Positions 10,991-23,748 of a stretch of 64,000 nt of DNA are shown here, piece by piece; positions within the stretch are counted from its first letter, which is position 1; every line of letters starts with the position of its first letter. Source of the DNA: Candidatus Gygaella obscura (GTDB lineage Bacteria; Omnitrophota; Gorgyraeia; Gygaellales; Gygaellaceae); NCBI GenBank assembly GCA_030765485.1, contig JAVCCR010000002.1, forward strand, positions 12,288 through 76,287, given 5' to 3'. The position numbers were made by a program, and so were the translations under genes. The notes beneath the pieces were generated by a model. That model was given only the letters and a program-made list of their open reading frames with translations, was not told where the DNA came from and made no database searches.

Positions 10991-13411
10991 TTACGACATT
11001 TTAAAGGTAAGCTCGTTATTTTTATACCCCACCTTTATCTTAGTCCCTTCTTTTATATTGGATGATATTATCTCCTCAGCCAGAGGGTCTTCAAGAAATC
11101 TTTGTATTGTTCTTTTTAGTGGACGCGCACCAAAAGCAGGATCAAAACCTTTTTCAATCAGAAAATTCTTAGCTTCTTTTGTAAGCTCTACGTTTATACC
11201 CTGTTCTTTCAAACGATTTGAGACCTCTGCAAGCTCCAGATCAACTATTTTTGCTAGATCACTCTTACTTAAAGGGCGAAAAACTATAGTATCATCAATT
11301 CTATTTAAGAATTCCGGCTTAAACGTCTTTTTTACCACATCCAGAAGACGCTCCTTCATGTCCTGATATGTAACTTCACTATCTTGGGATTTAAATCCAA
11401 GAGAACCTTTTTGTCTAATGATTTCAGCACCCACATTAGAAGTCATAATCACTAATGTGTTACGAAAATCCACCTTACGGGCAAAACTATCAGTAAGCCG
11501 ACCGTCCTCAAAAACCTGCAAAAGCAGATTAAATACATCCGGATGCGCCTTCTCAATTTCATCCAAAAGTATTACTGAATAAGGACGCCTTCTTACCTTT
11601 TCTGTAAGTTGTCCTCCTTCTTCATAACCCACATAGCCTGGAGGTGCGCCTACAAGACGAGAAACATTAAATTTTTCCATATATTCAGACATATCAATTT
11701 GAATCAATGCATTTTCATCTCCGAACATAAATTCAGCCAAAGCCCTGGCAAGAAGGGTTTTTCCTACTCCCGTAGGCCCTAAGAAAATAAACGACCCAAT
11801 CGGACGCCTGGGATCCTTTATTCCTGCGCGCGAACGCCTTACTGCTCGCGCAATTGCTTTTATCGCCTCATCCTGACCAACAACTCTTTTATGAATTGTA
11901 TCCTCAATCTTCATTAGTTTATCCGTATCCTTTTGTTCTAAACGGAATATCGGAATACCTGTCCATTGAGAAACTATATCGGCAATTTCTTTTTCTGTAA
12001 CCTTAGGCCTAATCTTTTCCTTCTGAACCTGCCAAGCTTTATTTGCCTTCTCCAATTCATCTCTTGCCTGACGCTCCTGATCACGCAAACTGGCTGCCTT
12101 TTCGAAATCCTGATCCTTAATAAAAACTTCCTTTTGCTTCTTAAAATCACTTAACTTTTCTTCCAAAGTTTTTAACTCAGTTGGTATTGTTAAAACACTT
12201 AATCTTGCACGCGAACCAGCCTCATCAATTAAATCAATTGCCTTATCAGGTAAAAATCTACCTGTAATATAACGCTCTGATAATTTTGATGCAGCTTCTA
12301 ATGCATCATCGGTAAAATCAACCTTATGATGCGACTCATATCTTTCTCTCAATCCTTTAAGAATCTCTACAGCCTGAGGAACTGTTGGCGGTTCAACCAA
12401 TATGGTTTGGAATCTACGTTCAAGCGCAGCATCTTTTTCAATATGTTTTCTATACTCATCTAATGTAGTTGCACCAATACACTGGATCTCTCCACGAGAA
12501 AGAGCAGGCTTTAAAATATTAGAAGCATCAATCGCGCCTTCTGCAGCTCCGGCACCTATTAATGTATGAAGCTCATCTATAAAAATAATCACATCCTGAG
12601 AACGCTTTATCTCTTCTATTACTGCCTTAATTCGCTCCTCAAACTGCCCACGATATTTTGTTCCGGCGATCATCAAAGCCAAATCAAGCACAATTATTCT
12701 TTTATTACGTAGGGTCTCTGGAATATTATCAGCAATAATTGCCTGGGCCAAGCCCTCAACGATTGCGGTTTTTCCAACACCAGCTTCTCCTAAAAGCACA
12801 GGATTATTCTTAGTCCTTCTAGATAAAACCTGTATTACGCGTTCAATTTCTTTTCTACGGTCTATAACCGGATCAAGTTTTCCTTCTTTTGAAAGAACAG
12901 TCAAGTCTCTTCCAAAAGCATCTAATGCCGGAGTTTTACCTTTAGCCTGCTGCTGCTGACCAAAACCTGGGATGCTGGAACCTAAAAGATGCATAACTTC
13001 GTTTCTTACACGGTCTAAATCAAGATTAGAATTCAAAAGAACCTGCGAAGCAATTCCTTCTCCCTCTCTTATAAGCCCCAACAAAAGATGTTCTGTACCA
13101 ATATAATTATGCCCTAAAGCGCGAGCCTCTTCTGCTGCAAGCTCTAAAGCCTTTTTTGCCCTAGGTGTAAAAGGAATATCACCTAATATCTGTGTACTGG
13201 GACCTGGCTGAACAAGCTTTTCCACCTCAAGACGGATATTCTCAAGACTTAAACCCATTTTCTGTAGTACAGCCGCAGCAACCCCTTCGCCTTCTCTAAT
13301 AAGACCTAAAAGAACATGCTCTGTTCCAATATAATCATGATTAAATCTACGCGCCTCTTCTTTAGCTAATATAATTACTTTTCTTGCTCTTTCTGTAAAA
13401 CGGCTAAACAT
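10991..13411 (-). CDS. clpC: ATP-dependent Clp protease ATPase subunit ClpC
   Basis: Clp-N repeats, two AAA+ modules ([16 protein letters not shown]), UVR coiled coil. Confidence 0.97.
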   Translation of the reverse strand: MFSRFTERARKVIILAKEEARRFNHDYIGTEHVLLGLIREGEGVAAAVLQKMGLSLENIRLEVEKLVQPGPSTQILGDIPFTPRAKKALELAAEEARALGHNYIGTEHLLLGLIREGEGIASQVLLNSNLDLDRVRNEVMHLLGSSIPGFGQQQQAKGKTPALDAFGRDLTVLSKEGKLDPVIDRRKEIERVIQVLSRRTKNNPVLLGEAGVGKTAIVEGLAQAIIADNIPETLRNKRIIVLDLALMIAGTKYRGQFEERIKAVIEEIKRSQDVIIFIDELHTLIGAGAAEGAIDASNILKPALSRGEIQCIGATTLDEYRKHIEKDAALERRFQTILVEPPTVPQAVEILKGLRERYESHHKVDFTDDALEAASKLSERYITGRFLPDKAIDLIDEAGSRARLSVLTIPTELKTLEEKLSDFKKQKEVFIKDQDFEKAASLRDQERQARDELEKANKAWQVQKEKIRPKVTEKEIADIVSQWTGIPIFRLEQKDTDKLMKIEDTIHKRVVGQDEAIKAIARAVRRSRAGIKDPRRPIGSFIFLGPTGVGKTLLARALAEFMFGDENALIQIDMSEYMEKFNVSRLVGAPPGYVGYEEGGQLTEKVRRRPYSVILLDEIEKAHPDVFNLLLQVFEDGRLTDSFARKVDFRNTLVIMTSNVGAEIIRQKGSLGFKSQDSEVTYQDMKERLLDVVKKTFKPEFLNRIDDTIVFRPLSKSDLAKIVDLELAEVSNRLKEQGINVELTKEAKNFLIEKGFDPAFGARPLKRTIQRFLEDPLAEEIISSNIKEGTKIKVGYKNNELTFKMS

Positions 13412-13423
13412 ATAACAGCTCCT

Positions 13424-14476
13424 TTAATTATTGGTTAATTTTTGTCTTACTAAATCTGCTCTTTTTTGATCTCTTTCAGCATGGGTAAGTTTTCTGTTTT
13501 CAATCTTCTGCAAATGTGCCGGCTGAGTAAGAATAAACAATTCATTAATTGTATTTCTATCGACATTTTTTATAATACCCAACTCAATCCCTAGTCTTGC
13601 AACTGACAAATGCTCAATTGTTTCCTGACTGGTAATTAAAAATGCATTTTTTAAAATCCCTAAACTTCTCCAAACCCTATCCTGAAGCATAAGATTATGC
13701 TGTTTGAGAATCGTCTGCCTGGCGATTTGTTCCTGTTCAATAACCTGCTGAATTACTCCATTTATATTATCAACTATTTCTTGCTCGTTTCTTCCTAAAG
13801 TATACTGATTTGAAATCTGGAAAAAATTACCATATGCTTTAGTGCCTTCGCCGTAAAGTCCTCTTGTGGTAATTCCAAGTTTATTGATTGTCTGAAGAAC
13901 TCTGTTTATCTGTTGCATCATTACAAGACCCGACAGATGCAACATTACAGAACCCCTCATGCCTGTACCTGTATTGGTCGGACAGGCTGTAAGATAACCC
14001 CACTCGTTTGTAAAAGCAAACTTGAATTTAGAAGAAAGCCCATTATCAATATTATCAATTATATCAAAAGCACCTTTTAAATTAAAACCTGATTGCATAA
14101 CCTGTATACGCATATGGTCTTCTTCATTAATCATTATTGAAAGAACCTCTTGAGGATCAACCAAAAGGGCCTTTGTATCAGATAATAATGCATGCTCATG
14201 ACTCATAAGATGGCGCTCTATCAAAAACTGTTTATCCAAATTATCAACTTCATTAAGCCTTATAAATGTAGAACTTTTTAAAAAGTGAACATCCTTATAC
14301 ACTTTAGCCACCTCATCAAGAAACTCTTGAGACTCTTTCTTATTCGCCCAATGAGGAAATGGTTTATTCTCAATATTACGCGCCAGTCTTACGCGGCTGG
14401 AAATTACTATATCAGAATTCGGTCCCGTACCTTTAAGCCATTCACTAGTATGATTTAATAAATCATTAACTTTCAT
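13424..14476 (-). CDS. mcsB: Protein arginine kinase McsB
   Basis: ISSRVRLARN, NEEDHMRIQ, GYLTACPTNTGTGMR. Confidence 0.95.
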   Translation of the reverse strand: MKVNDLLNHTSEWLKGTGPNSDIVISSRVRLARNIENKPFPHWANKKESQEFLDEVAKVYKDVHFLKSSTFIRLNEVDNLDKQFLIERHLMSHEHALLSDTKALLVDPQEVLSIMINEEDHMRIQVMQSGFNLKGAFDIIDNIDNGLSSKFKFAFTNEWGYLTACPTNTGTGMRGSVMLHLSGLVMMQQINRVLQTINKLGITTRGLYGEGTKAYGNFFQISNQYTLGRNEQEIVDNINGVIQQVIEQEQIARQTILKQHNLMLQDRVWRSLGILKNAFLITSQETIEHLSVARLGIELGIIKNVDRNTINELFILTQPAHLQKIENRKLTHAERDQKRADLVRQKLTNN

Positions 14477-15003
14477 TTCTTTTCCTTATCCTTCAGCTTC
14501 TTTTCCAGATCTTTTATTTTATCCCTTATCGCTGCTGCCTGCTCGAATTCTTCCTTTGCAATTACAATCTGCAATCTACTTTTTAAATCATCTAAATTGT
14601 TATTTTCCGTTCTGCTAGCAGTATTCGCTTTGGTCTTTAACTGATTGTGTGCAGGAACCTTACCCAAATGATGACTAGCGCCATGAATACTTTTTAACAA
14701 AGGCTCCAAATATCTTCTAAAGGTAGTATAACACTGGCTGCAACCGAGTCGACCAACTTTTTTAAATTCCCTATAGGTAAGTTTACAATTCGGACATTTC
14801 TGCTTCAGGTCTTCTTTTTCCTCCGCTGCCTTACCGAAATCAACCAGGCCTGCTAAAAGATCTGATAAGCCAAACTGCTGTTCCATCTGCATGCTCTTTT
14901 GCTTAGCACAATGTTCACACAGATGAAGTTCAGTTATCTGACCATCAACTATCTCAGTAAGATGAACCGTTGCTTCTATTTTATGGCATATATCACAAAG
15001 CAT
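14473..15003 (-). CDS. mcsA: McsA (CxxC motifs + UVR domain)
   Basis: Four CxxC motifs, GRLGCSQCY, EEFEQAAAIRD; start at ATG 15003. Confidence 0.93.
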   Translation of the reverse strand: MLCDICHKIEATVHLTEIVDGQITELHLCEHCAKQKSMQMEQQFGLSDLLAGLVDFGKAAEEKEDLKQKCPNCKLTYREFKKVGRLGCSQCYTTFRRYLEPLLKSIHGASHHLGKVPAHNQLKTKANTASRTENNNLDDLKSRLQIVIAKEEFEQAAAIRDKIKDLEKKLKDKEKK

Positions 15004-15865
15004 ACCTAACCCCATCTGTTTTAGTAAGCTTTTTAAATTCTTTCATCAGCTCCAAAGTATGAACTCCGGGTTTACCATCATTGATAACCCTTCCGTCAAC
15101 TTTAACAACCGGGATAATCTCAGCAGCAGTACCAGTTAAAAACATCTCATCAGCATTATATATATCATAACGTGTAAGCACCTTTTCTTCAGAAGCCAAA
15201 GCACTCTTTATGGAAATACCCATTACGCAATCTCTAGTAATACCTTCTAAAACACCTATAAAAACCGGTGGGGTAAAAAGGTTACTGCCCTTAACAATAC
15301 AAATATTATCACCGCTACATTCAGAAACAAAACCATTCTGATTAAGCATTACTGCCTCTTCCGCTCCGGCATTTACCGCTTCTATCTTTGCCAAAATATT
15401 ATTAAGATAATTCAAAGATTTTATCTGAGGATTCAGCGCCTCAGGTATATTCCGCCTTGTGGACACAGTAACAATATCTAAACCCTTTTTATACATCTGA
15501 TCCGAATAAAGTGTAACTTTATCCGTAATTATAAAGAATGACGCTTCTTTGCATTTGCGGTAATCTAAACCCAAATCACCAACACCTCTTGTCACCACTA
15601 AACGAATATAGGCATCTTTAAGTTTGTTTGCCTTTAAGGTAGCTATTATATAGTCGCTTAGTTTTCTTTTAGAAATCGGCATCTCCAAATGAATCGCTTT
15701 GGCTGAAGCAAAAAGACGCTCAATATGATCTTTAAGTTTAAAAATCAAACAATTATATGCACGGATACCTTCAAAAACACCATCACCATACAATAACCCA
15801 TGATCAAAAATTGAAATCTTCGCACTATTAGAATCAACTAATTTTCCATTAAGACATACCTTCAT
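14993..15865 (-). CDS. ilvE: Branched-chain amino acid aminotransferase (class IV)
   Basis: DHGLLYGDGVFEG, KSLNYLNNI, LEGITR, FLTGTAAE. Confidence 0.94.
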   Translation of the reverse strand: MKVCLNGKLVDSNSAKISIFDHGLLYGDGVFEGIRAYNCLIFKLKDHIERLFASAKAIHLEMPISKRKLSDYIIATLKANKLKDAYIRLVVTRGVGDLGLDYRKCKEASFFIITDKVTLYSDQMYKKGLDIVTVSTRRNIPEALNPQIKSLNYLNNILAKIEAVNAGAEEAVMLNQNGFVSECSGDNICIVKGSNLFTPPVFIGVLEGITRDCVMGISIKSALASEEKVLTRYDIYNADEMFLTGTAAEIIPVVKVDGRVINDGKPGVHTLELMKEFKKLTKTDGVRYAL

Positions 15866-15878
15866 TATAACCTCCTGT

Positions 15879-16577
15879 TTATTTTCTTGTGTCTACCAAC
15901 AAACCATCTTTTATAAAAACAGTTCTTGTAGCTATTTTCTTCATATTCTCATCATGCGAAACTAAAACAATAGTGGTCTTACTCTTATTATTCAGCTGCT
16001 TTAAAATATTACAGATATTAATTCCGTTTTCAGAATCCAGATTACCCGTTGGCTCATCGCAAAGCAACACCTCCGGCTCATTCATCAAAGCCCTTGCAAT
16101 TGCAACACGCTGCATTTCACCCCCAGAAAGCTCTGTAGGCATATGGTCCATACGTCTATCTAAACCTACTAATTTAAGCAACTGTTTTGAACGCTGATAG
16201 ATCTTATCCCTAGAACCCTGCTTTTGTTTCTTGCTTAAAAATGCAGGTAAGGCAACATTCTCTAAAATATTAAATTCACTCAAAAGATGATAAAACTGAA
16301 AAACAAAACCAATTTTCTCGTTTCGGACTAAAGATAGTTCATCTTCATTAAGGCCGGATAAATCTCTGCCTTGGATTTGCACATATCCTTTACTCGGCTT
16401 ATCCAATCCTCCTAAAATATGCAAAAGCGTTGACTTGCCAGCACCTGAAGGACCAATAACGCATAAAATCTCATTCTGTTTAACTTCTAAACTTACGCCT
16501 CGTAATACTTGAAGTTTTTTTCCAGCATCAAAATAATTTTTGTGGATATCAATTGCTTTAATCATATTCTTATTCAT
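15879..16577 (-). CDS. lolD: Lipoprotein-releasing ABC ATPase LolD
   Basis: GPSGAGKST, IGFVFQFYHLL, LSGGEMQR, DEPTGNLD; follows lolC/E. Confidence 0.88.
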   Translation of the reverse strand: MNKNMIKAIDIHKNYFDAGKKLQVLRGVSLEVKQNEILCVIGPSGAGKSTLLHILGGLDKPSKGYVQIQGRDLSGLNEDELSLVRNEKIGFVFQFYHLLSEFNILENVALPAFLSKKQKQGSRDKIYQRSKQLLKLVGLDRRMDHMPTELSGGEMQRVAIARALMNEPEVLLCDEPTGNLDSENGINICNILKQLNNKSKTTIVLVSHDENMKKIATRTVFIKDGLLVDTRK

Positions 16578-17751
16578 AACGTAAAGCATCCACCGGATTT
16601 AAACGCGATGCCTTAAACGCCGGATAAAAACTGGAAATCAATACTATCAAAAAAGCAGATATAACTATTAACCCTATATCCGGCCATATCTTAATCGAAA
16701 CAGGAAGTCTATCAATATAATAAATTTCAGATGGAAGTTTAATAAACTGGAATTTTTTAAGCAACCAGCAAACAAAAAAACCTATACCTAAACCAGCGGT
16801 TATACCAAATCCCCCCACCAAAACTCCCTCAAAAGTAAAAAGCCTTCTTATGCCTCTATTGGTTACACCTAAGGCTTTTAATATACCGATATCTTTAGTT
16901 CTATCAACCACCATTACTATCAAAGCACTAATAATATTAAAACTTGCTACAAGTATAATCAAAGTAAGAATTATAAACATAGTGATCTTCTCAAGCTTTA
17001 AAGCAGCAAAAAAATTCTTATTAATATCCATCCATGTCCTGATCACATAATCTGACCCGATTGTTTGATAAATGGATTCTCTCACTCTTCGAGCAATAAA
17101 CAGGTCATCGGTCTTTACGGATATACCGCTTACCAGATTTTCCATATCAAAAATCTTCTGTGCCTGAGAAAGACTCACCAAAACAAGACTTAAATCATAA
17201 TCATACATACCGCTTGAAAAAATGCCTTTTACTTTTAATTCAAATGTTTTACGCAGTATCGGGCTTACAATCTTTATGGTATCGTTAAGGTCAATACCCA
17301 TATAAAGGGCTAATTCCCTTCCAATGATTATTTCATTATCCGACAATTCAAAAGAACCCTGTTCGATATAACGACTGAGGCTGGAAACCTGTTTTTCTTT
17401 TTCCGGATCAACGCCTTTTAAATTCAAAGCAAAGGCATTCTTATCTTTTAAAAAAACTACCTGTCCGCTGATAAATGCGCTTGCTGAATCTATCTGCTTA
17501 ATGGTCTCAATTTCAGCTACAAGATTGTCATAATCGATTATCCCTCCAGGTGACTCCACAATAATATGGGCATTGCTACCGACAATCTTATCTTTTAAAT
17601 CTTTATCAAAACCATTCATCACGCTTATTACGATAATTAACGCTGCAACACCAATAGCAATACCTAAAATTGAAATAACCGTAATAAGATTAATAAAAGC
17701 GCCTTTTCTCTTTGAAAAAAGATAGCGCCAACTGATTTTAAACAAATACAT
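16570..17751 (-). CDS. lolE: Lipoprotein-releasing permease LolC/E
   Basis: SVMNGF, FtsX/MacB topology, VASFNII, IGILKALG, YPAFKAS..P..ALRYE. Confidence 0.85.
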   Translation of the reverse strand: MYLFKISWRYLFSKRKGAFINLITVISILGIAIGVAALIIVISVMNGFDKDLKDKIVGSNAHIIVESPGGIIDYDNLVAEIETIKQIDSASAFISGQVVFLKDKNAFALNLKGVDPEKEKQVSSLSRYIEQGSFELSDNEIIIGRELALYMGIDLNDTIKIVSPILRKTFELKVKGIFSSGMYDYDLSLVLVSLSQAQKIFDMENLVSGISVKTDDLFIARRVRESIYQTIGSDYVIRTWMDINKNFFAALKLEKITMFIILTLIILVASFNIISALIVMVVDRTKDIGILKALGVTNRGIRRLFTFEGVLVGGFGITAGLGIGFFVCWLLKKFQFIKLPSEIYYIDRLPVSIKIWPDIGLIVISAFLIVLISSFYPAFKASRLNPVDALRYE

Positions 17752-17752
17752 A

Positions 17753-19198
17753 TTATTTATTTTCTGGTCTCAACAAAGGAAATAATATTACTTCCCGTAT
17801 TGATGCCTGATCTGTTAAAAGCATAACAAGCCTATCTATTCCAATACCTAAACCTCCAGCAGGCGGCATGGCGTATTCAAGAGCGCGTATAAAATCATCA
17901 TCCAAAGATTTTTCCTTTGCCTGATCCTTATCAAGATCTTTTAACTCCTGCAAGAAACGTTCTTTTTGCTCTATAGGATCATTTAACTCAGAATAGGCAT
18001 TGGCCACTTCCATACCAGAAATAAAAAGTTCGAATCTTTCTGATAGATACGGATTGTCTGGTTTTGTCTTTGCCAAAGGACATAACACGCTGAATAAATC
18101 GGTTATGAACACTGGATGATCCTCTCGGGGAACAAGCAAATCAGCGATTAAATTCGCTACAAAACTTTTCGTAACATTTTTTGACCCAACCTTTACACCC
18201 TTGGCTTTAAGCTTATCCACCCAGGTACTTAAATCATCGCTAGCCTGGATACCATAGGTATCTTCCATCACTTGCGCAAAAGAAATTCTTTCCCATTTAC
18301 TAAAATCTATCTGTTTATCTTGATAGGTAATTTTTTTATCTCCATGAATACTTTCTACTAATCCCGTTATCAAGTTTTCGGTAAGCGTCATTACATCTTC
18401 TACGTCTGCAAAAGCAGTATAAACTTCCAACATGGTAAATTCCGGGTTATGTCTTGTAGAAACTCCTTCGTTACGAAAACTCCTGTTGATTTCATAAATC
18501 TTTTCAAACCCAGCCACAAGAAGTTTTTTTAAATATAACTCCGGTGCAATTCTTAAGTATAAATCCAGGTCATATTCATTATGATGGGTTTTAAACGGTC
18601 TTCCTGCAGCGCCTCCTGGAACAACATGCATCATCGGCGTTTCAACTTCCAGATAACCCTTGTTATCCAAAAACTTTCTTATTAAACCGATAATTTTAGT
18701 GCGTTTCAGGAAAATATCTTTTACTGCATCATTACTGATTATGTCAACATATCGCTCGCGGAATCTGGTTTCTACATCGCGCAGACCATGCCACTTCTCC
18801 GGTAAAGGCCTTAGACTCTTTGAAAGTATAAAAAGCTCTGCTACTTCAATAGTCTGTTCTCCAGTATGCGTAACAAATAACTTTCCCTTTATCCCAACAA
18901 TATCTCCGATGTCGCAGCTTGAGGCAATTTTAAAGTTTTCTTCACCTAAAATATCTTTTTTTAAATAAATCTGAATTTTTCCTGATTGATCTTTGATGTT
19001 GGCAAAACCTGCTTTACCATGCAAGCGCTTAGAAACTATTCTTCCAGCAGTAGAAACTTTTCTATCTTCTTTAAAATCTTCCCTTAAACTATTTACACTA
19101 TCTAACTTGGCAAACTTTATCCTAAAAGGATCAAGGCCGCTTTGCTTTAAATTTTTAAGCTTTTCCTGTCTTTGAATAATAATCTGATCTAGTTCCAT
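17753..19198 (-). CDS. lysS: Lysyl-tRNA synthetase class II
   Basis: LPEKWHGL, YLRIAPELYLK, FRNEGVSTRHNPEF, GGLGIGIDR. Confidence 0.97.
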   Translation of the reverse strand: MELDQIIIQRQEKLKNLKQSGLDPFRIKFAKLDSVNSLREDFKEDRKVSTAGRIVSKRLHGKAGFANIKDQSGKIQIYLKKDILGEENFKIASSCDIGDIVGIKGKLFVTHTGEQTIEVAELFILSKSLRPLPEKWHGLRDVETRFRERYVDIISNDAVKDIFLKRTKIIGLIRKFLDNKGYLEVETPMMHVVPGGAAGRPFKTHHNEYDLDLYLRIAPELYLKKLLVAGFEKIYEINRSFRNEGVSTRHNPEFTMLEVYTAFADVEDVMTLTENLITGLVESIHGDKKITYQDKQIDFSKWERISFAQVMEDTYGIQASDDLSTWVDKLKAKGVKVGSKNVTKSFVANLIADLLVPREDHPVFITDLFSVLCPLAKTKPDNPYLSERFELFISGMEVANAYSELNDPIEQKERFLQELKDLDKDQAKEKSLDDDFIRALEYAMPPAGGLGIGIDRLVMLLTDQASIREVILFPLLRPENK

Positions 19199-19253
19199 AT
19201 ATTTAAGCTTTCTTGATAGATAAGTAGGTTTAATTAAATAACTTAACTAAAAT

Positions 19254-19282
19254 ATTATATAGCATTGTCTATTTACTGTCAA
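19254..19282 (-). promoter_or_regulatory. Consensus sigma70 promoter upstream of lysS
   Basis: Minus strand TTGACA (19282-19277) - 17 nt - TATAAT (19259-19254), exact consensus. Confidence 0.8.
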
Positions 19283-19295
19283 TTATAAAAGATAC

Positions 19296-19332
19296 AAAAA
19301 AAAGGCATTTTCATCACGAAAATGCCATTTTT
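19296..19332 (-). terminator. Intrinsic terminator after hppA
   Basis: 9-bp stem GGCATTTTC/GAAAATGCC, 5-nt loop, long U tract on minus strand. Confidence 0.85.
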
Positions 19333-19351
19333 GTAACCTATTATATTGCTA

Positions 19352-21454
19352 TTACTTAAAAAATGTATTGCTTATGACAAATGATGCAAAAACTATAGAA
19401 ACCATAGACATAAGCTTAATTAGGATATTAAGACTGGGACCAGACGTATCCTTAAATGGATCTCCTACAGTATCTCCTACTACACTTGCCTTATGCGCCA
19501 TAGAACCCTTACCTTCGTAATTACCTTCTTCAATATATTTTTTTGCATTATCCCACGCACCACCGGAATTAGCCATCATAACTGCTAGAACAAATCCACA
19601 AACTAAAGAGCCAATCAATAACCCTGCCTGAGCTTCTATTCCTATAAATATACCCACTAAAATCGGAGCAGTAATCGCCAGTAAAGACGGGGCAATCATT
19701 TCTTTTTGAGCAGCGCTAGTTGCAATAATCACGCATCTTGCATAATCAGGCTTTGTCTTTCCTTCCATAAGACCGGTAATTTCGGCAAACTGACGCCTTA
19801 CCTCAACAACAATTTTACCAGCTGCTCTTCCTACAGCACGCATAGTCATCGAACAGAATAAAAACGGCAACATCCCTCCGATAAAAAGACCAACTAATAC
19901 ATTGGGATTCATCAAACTTAATTCCATATCTTTTCCGTATAAAACTATCTGTTCTTTATAAGCAGCAATCAATGCAAGAGCTGTTAAAGCAGCTGAGCCG
20001 ATAGCAAAACCTTTACCTGTTGCAGCTGTAGTATTACCCAATGAATCCAATGCATCTGTTCTTTTTCTTACCTCTTTTGGAAGCCCTGCCATTTCTGCAT
20101 TACCACCTGCATTATCCGCAACCGGACCATAGGCATCAGTGGCTAAAGTAATTCCCAAAGTTGAAAGCATACCTACAGCCGAAATCCCCACACCATAAAG
20201 CCCAGCATTAAAATTAGCTGCGCCACCAGATAAGAAGAAACTTACAAGAATTGTAGCGCCAACGACTAAAACCGGAATGGCTGTTGACATCATACCTACA
20301 GAAAGCCCAGAAATAATAACTGTTGCCGGACCAGTCAAAGCAGATTGAGCAATATTCTTCGTAGGAGAAAAACTGCTAGAAGTATAATATTCTGTCGAAA
20401 GGCCTATTATCACTCCTGCAACTAGCCCTGCAATAACGGAAAAATACACTCCAATATGTTCTATCCCCAAAATAGACTTAATCAAAAAGAATGATACAAC
20501 AGCAACTATAGCTGCACTTATAAAGACTCCTTTTCTCATGGCCTTAAGAAGCACTTTCTGCGTTGCCTCTTCACGACAACGGACAAAAAACGTACCGATA
20601 ATAGAAGCAACAACACCAACAGCTGCCATAACTAAAGGCACAGTAACTCCTTTTATACCAAGCCCAGCAGCAACACCTAAGGCTGCGGTTGCAACAATTG
20701 AACCAACATAGCTTTCATAAAGATCAGCACCCATACCAGCAACATCACCGACATTATCACCAACATTATCTGCAATAACTGCCGGGTTTCTCGGGTCGTC
20801 TTCAGGAATACCAGCTTCAACTTTACCAACAAGGTCAGCTCCAACATCAGCTGCCTTGGTAAAAATACCTCCTCCTACTCTAGCAAATAAAGCCTGTGAG
20901 CTTGCACCCATGCCAAAACAAAGCATAGTTGAAGTAATTGCAGTTATTTTATTTACACCAATAGGAATAGCATGAGAAGAATAATACCAATCAAGAAAAT
21001 AATACCAAATACTTAAATCCAGTAAACCTAAACCAACAACTGTAAGACCCATGACAGCACCGCTTGAAAAAGCTACACGTAAACCAGAATTAAGACTAAT
21101 CTGAGAAGCAGCTGTAGTCCTATTGGAAGCCTGGGTAGCTATGCTCATACCAATAAAACCAGCAAGACCAGAAAATAAACCACCAGTTAGAAATGCAAAC
21201 GGAACAAATATAACTAAATATCCTTTAAAAGAAAGCCATAAAAGAATAACGAAAACAACTGCAAAAAATATCAAAACTCCCGTATACTGCCTTTTAAGAT
21301 AAGCCCAAGAACCAACTCTTACTGCCTGGGCAATTTCCTTCATCTTGGCAGTTCCTTCATCTTTTTTTAAAATCGTAAGTGTAAGATAACCGGCAAAAAG
21401 AAGTGCCGCTATCGAACCTACGGGAGCTAAAAGTAACATATCAAAACTTGGCAT
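19352..21454 (-). CDS. hppA: K+-dependent membrane pyrophosphatase (Na+ or Na+/H+ pumping)
   Basis: [37 protein letters not shown] (Ala = K+-dependent), [10 protein letters not shown]. Confidence 0.96.
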   Translation of the reverse strand: MPSFDMLLLAPVGSIAALLFAGYLTLTILKKDEGTAKMKEIAQAVRVGSWAYLKRQYTGVLIFFAVVFVILLWLSFKGYLVIFVPFAFLTGGLFSGLAGFIGMSIATQASNRTTAASQISLNSGLRVAFSSGAVMGLTVVGLGLLDLSIWYYFLDWYYSSHAIPIGVNKITAITSTMLCFGMGASSQALFARVGGGIFTKAADVGADLVGKVEAGIPEDDPRNPAVIADNVGDNVGDVAGMGADLYESYVGSIVATAALGVAAGLGIKGVTVPLVMAAVGVVASIIGTFFVRCREEATQKVLLKAMRKGVFISAAIVAVVSFFLIKSILGIEHIGVYFSVIAGLVAGVIIGLSTEYYTSSSFSPTKNIAQSALTGPATVIISGLSVGMMSTAIPVLVVGATILVSFFLSGGAANFNAGLYGVGISAVGMLSTLGITLATDAYGPVADNAGGNAEMAGLPKEVRKRTDALDSLGNTTAATGKGFAIGSAALTALALIAAYKEQIVLYGKDMELSLMNPNVLVGLFIGGMLPFLFCSMTMRAVGRAAGKIVVEVRRQFAEITGLMEGKTKPDYARCVIIATSAAQKEMIAPSLLAITAPILVGIFIGIEAQAGLLIGSLVCGFVLAVMMANSGGAWDNAKKYIEEGNYEGKGSMAHKASVVGDTVGDPFKDTSGPSLNILIKLMSMVSIVFASFVISNTFFK

Positions 21455-21536
21455 ATTTTCTCCTGTTTATTTATAACAATTTAAATAAAGTATCAAAATA
21501 CCACATCGAAAAATTTTAGTAAACTTTTTTCAGTTT

Positions 21537-22811
<1,275 letters not shown>

Positions 22812-22824
22812 TTAATAGTTTAAA

Positions 22825-23748
22825 TTATTTTGATAATAAATGCTCTAATCCGTCTGCTGTTGTTTGAGGCAGCACATGAAACAATTCCCTATTTTCCAAT
22901 AGAACCGTAGCTTGAGAAAACACATTAAGTTCCATAACTAAATTTAAATTTTCTCCTAATAAAGATTTTAACTCTTCACCCATGGCGCATTGTTTTATCG
23001 TTTTATAATCAACGTCTTTTATGCACTCATCCCACCAAGAGCTTTTAATATTGTTCACCCGGCAAGATAAATAATCAAGATACTCATCAGGATAATATTT
23101 TTCTATACATACTGCTTTATTTATTTCCTCCAACTCTTTTTTTCCTGAGCGGGCAATAAACTCATTACCTCGCTTTATTGCCAAAAAATGAACCTGCGGA
23201 TTTAATTCTTTTAAATTACTAATGATCTGCGGACTGTCTTCTTCAAAAAGACTAATAAAAAGATCAATTTTACCCTTTTTTAATTGTCTATCCAATAGAA
23301 ATGTCATCCCGGAAAACTGCGGCTTAAAAACAAAACCAAAATCTTTTTCGACTATAAAACTACTAATCTTTTCTAAGTCTTCTTTTACTGCCAATTCTTT
23401 AGCAATAAAATAAATCGGTAGACTTTTTATTCCGCTTTGTTTAACTATTTCTTCTGCTTCAGACAAATCAACTGTTGTTAGGTTAACCTTTGAAAAATAC
23501 TTTTTAAGACGTTTTAAAAAAGAATTCGTATCGCATGTCTTACAGTCACCGCTTAAGATAACTGAAAGCTCAAGTTCCGGTAATTTGGAATCATTTTTTT
23601 TGTAGCTTGAATACCCCCCCTTTACCTGTTTTTCATAATAAGCTTTACTCTTGTTTTCTTTTTTAGAATCCTCTGCTGCAAAAACAAAAGATAAATTAAC
23701 GCTTAAACAAACAAAGAAAATAAATAAATAAAATCTTCTTTTTTCCAT
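22825..23748 (-). CDS. Exported Cys-rich thioredoxin/DsbA-like hypothetical protein
   Basis: Signal peptide, CKTC motif, four more spaced Cys in C-terminal half; overlaps CcdA-like gene. Confidence 0.5.
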   Translation of the reverse strand: MEKRRFYLFIFFVCLSVNLSFVFAAEDSKKENKSKAYYEKQVKGGYSSYKKNDSKLPELELSVILSGDCKTCDTNSFLKRLKKYFSKVNLTTVDLSEAEEIVKQSGIKSLPIYFIAKELAVKEDLEKISSFIVEKDFGFVFKPQFSGMTFLLDRQLKKGKIDLFISLFEEDSPQIISNLKELNPQVHFLAIKRGNEFIARSGKKELEEINKAVCIEKYYPDEYLDYLSCRVNNIKSSWWDECIKDVDYKTIKQCAMGEELKSLLGENLNLVMELNVFSQATVLLENRELFHVLPQTTADGLEHLLSK

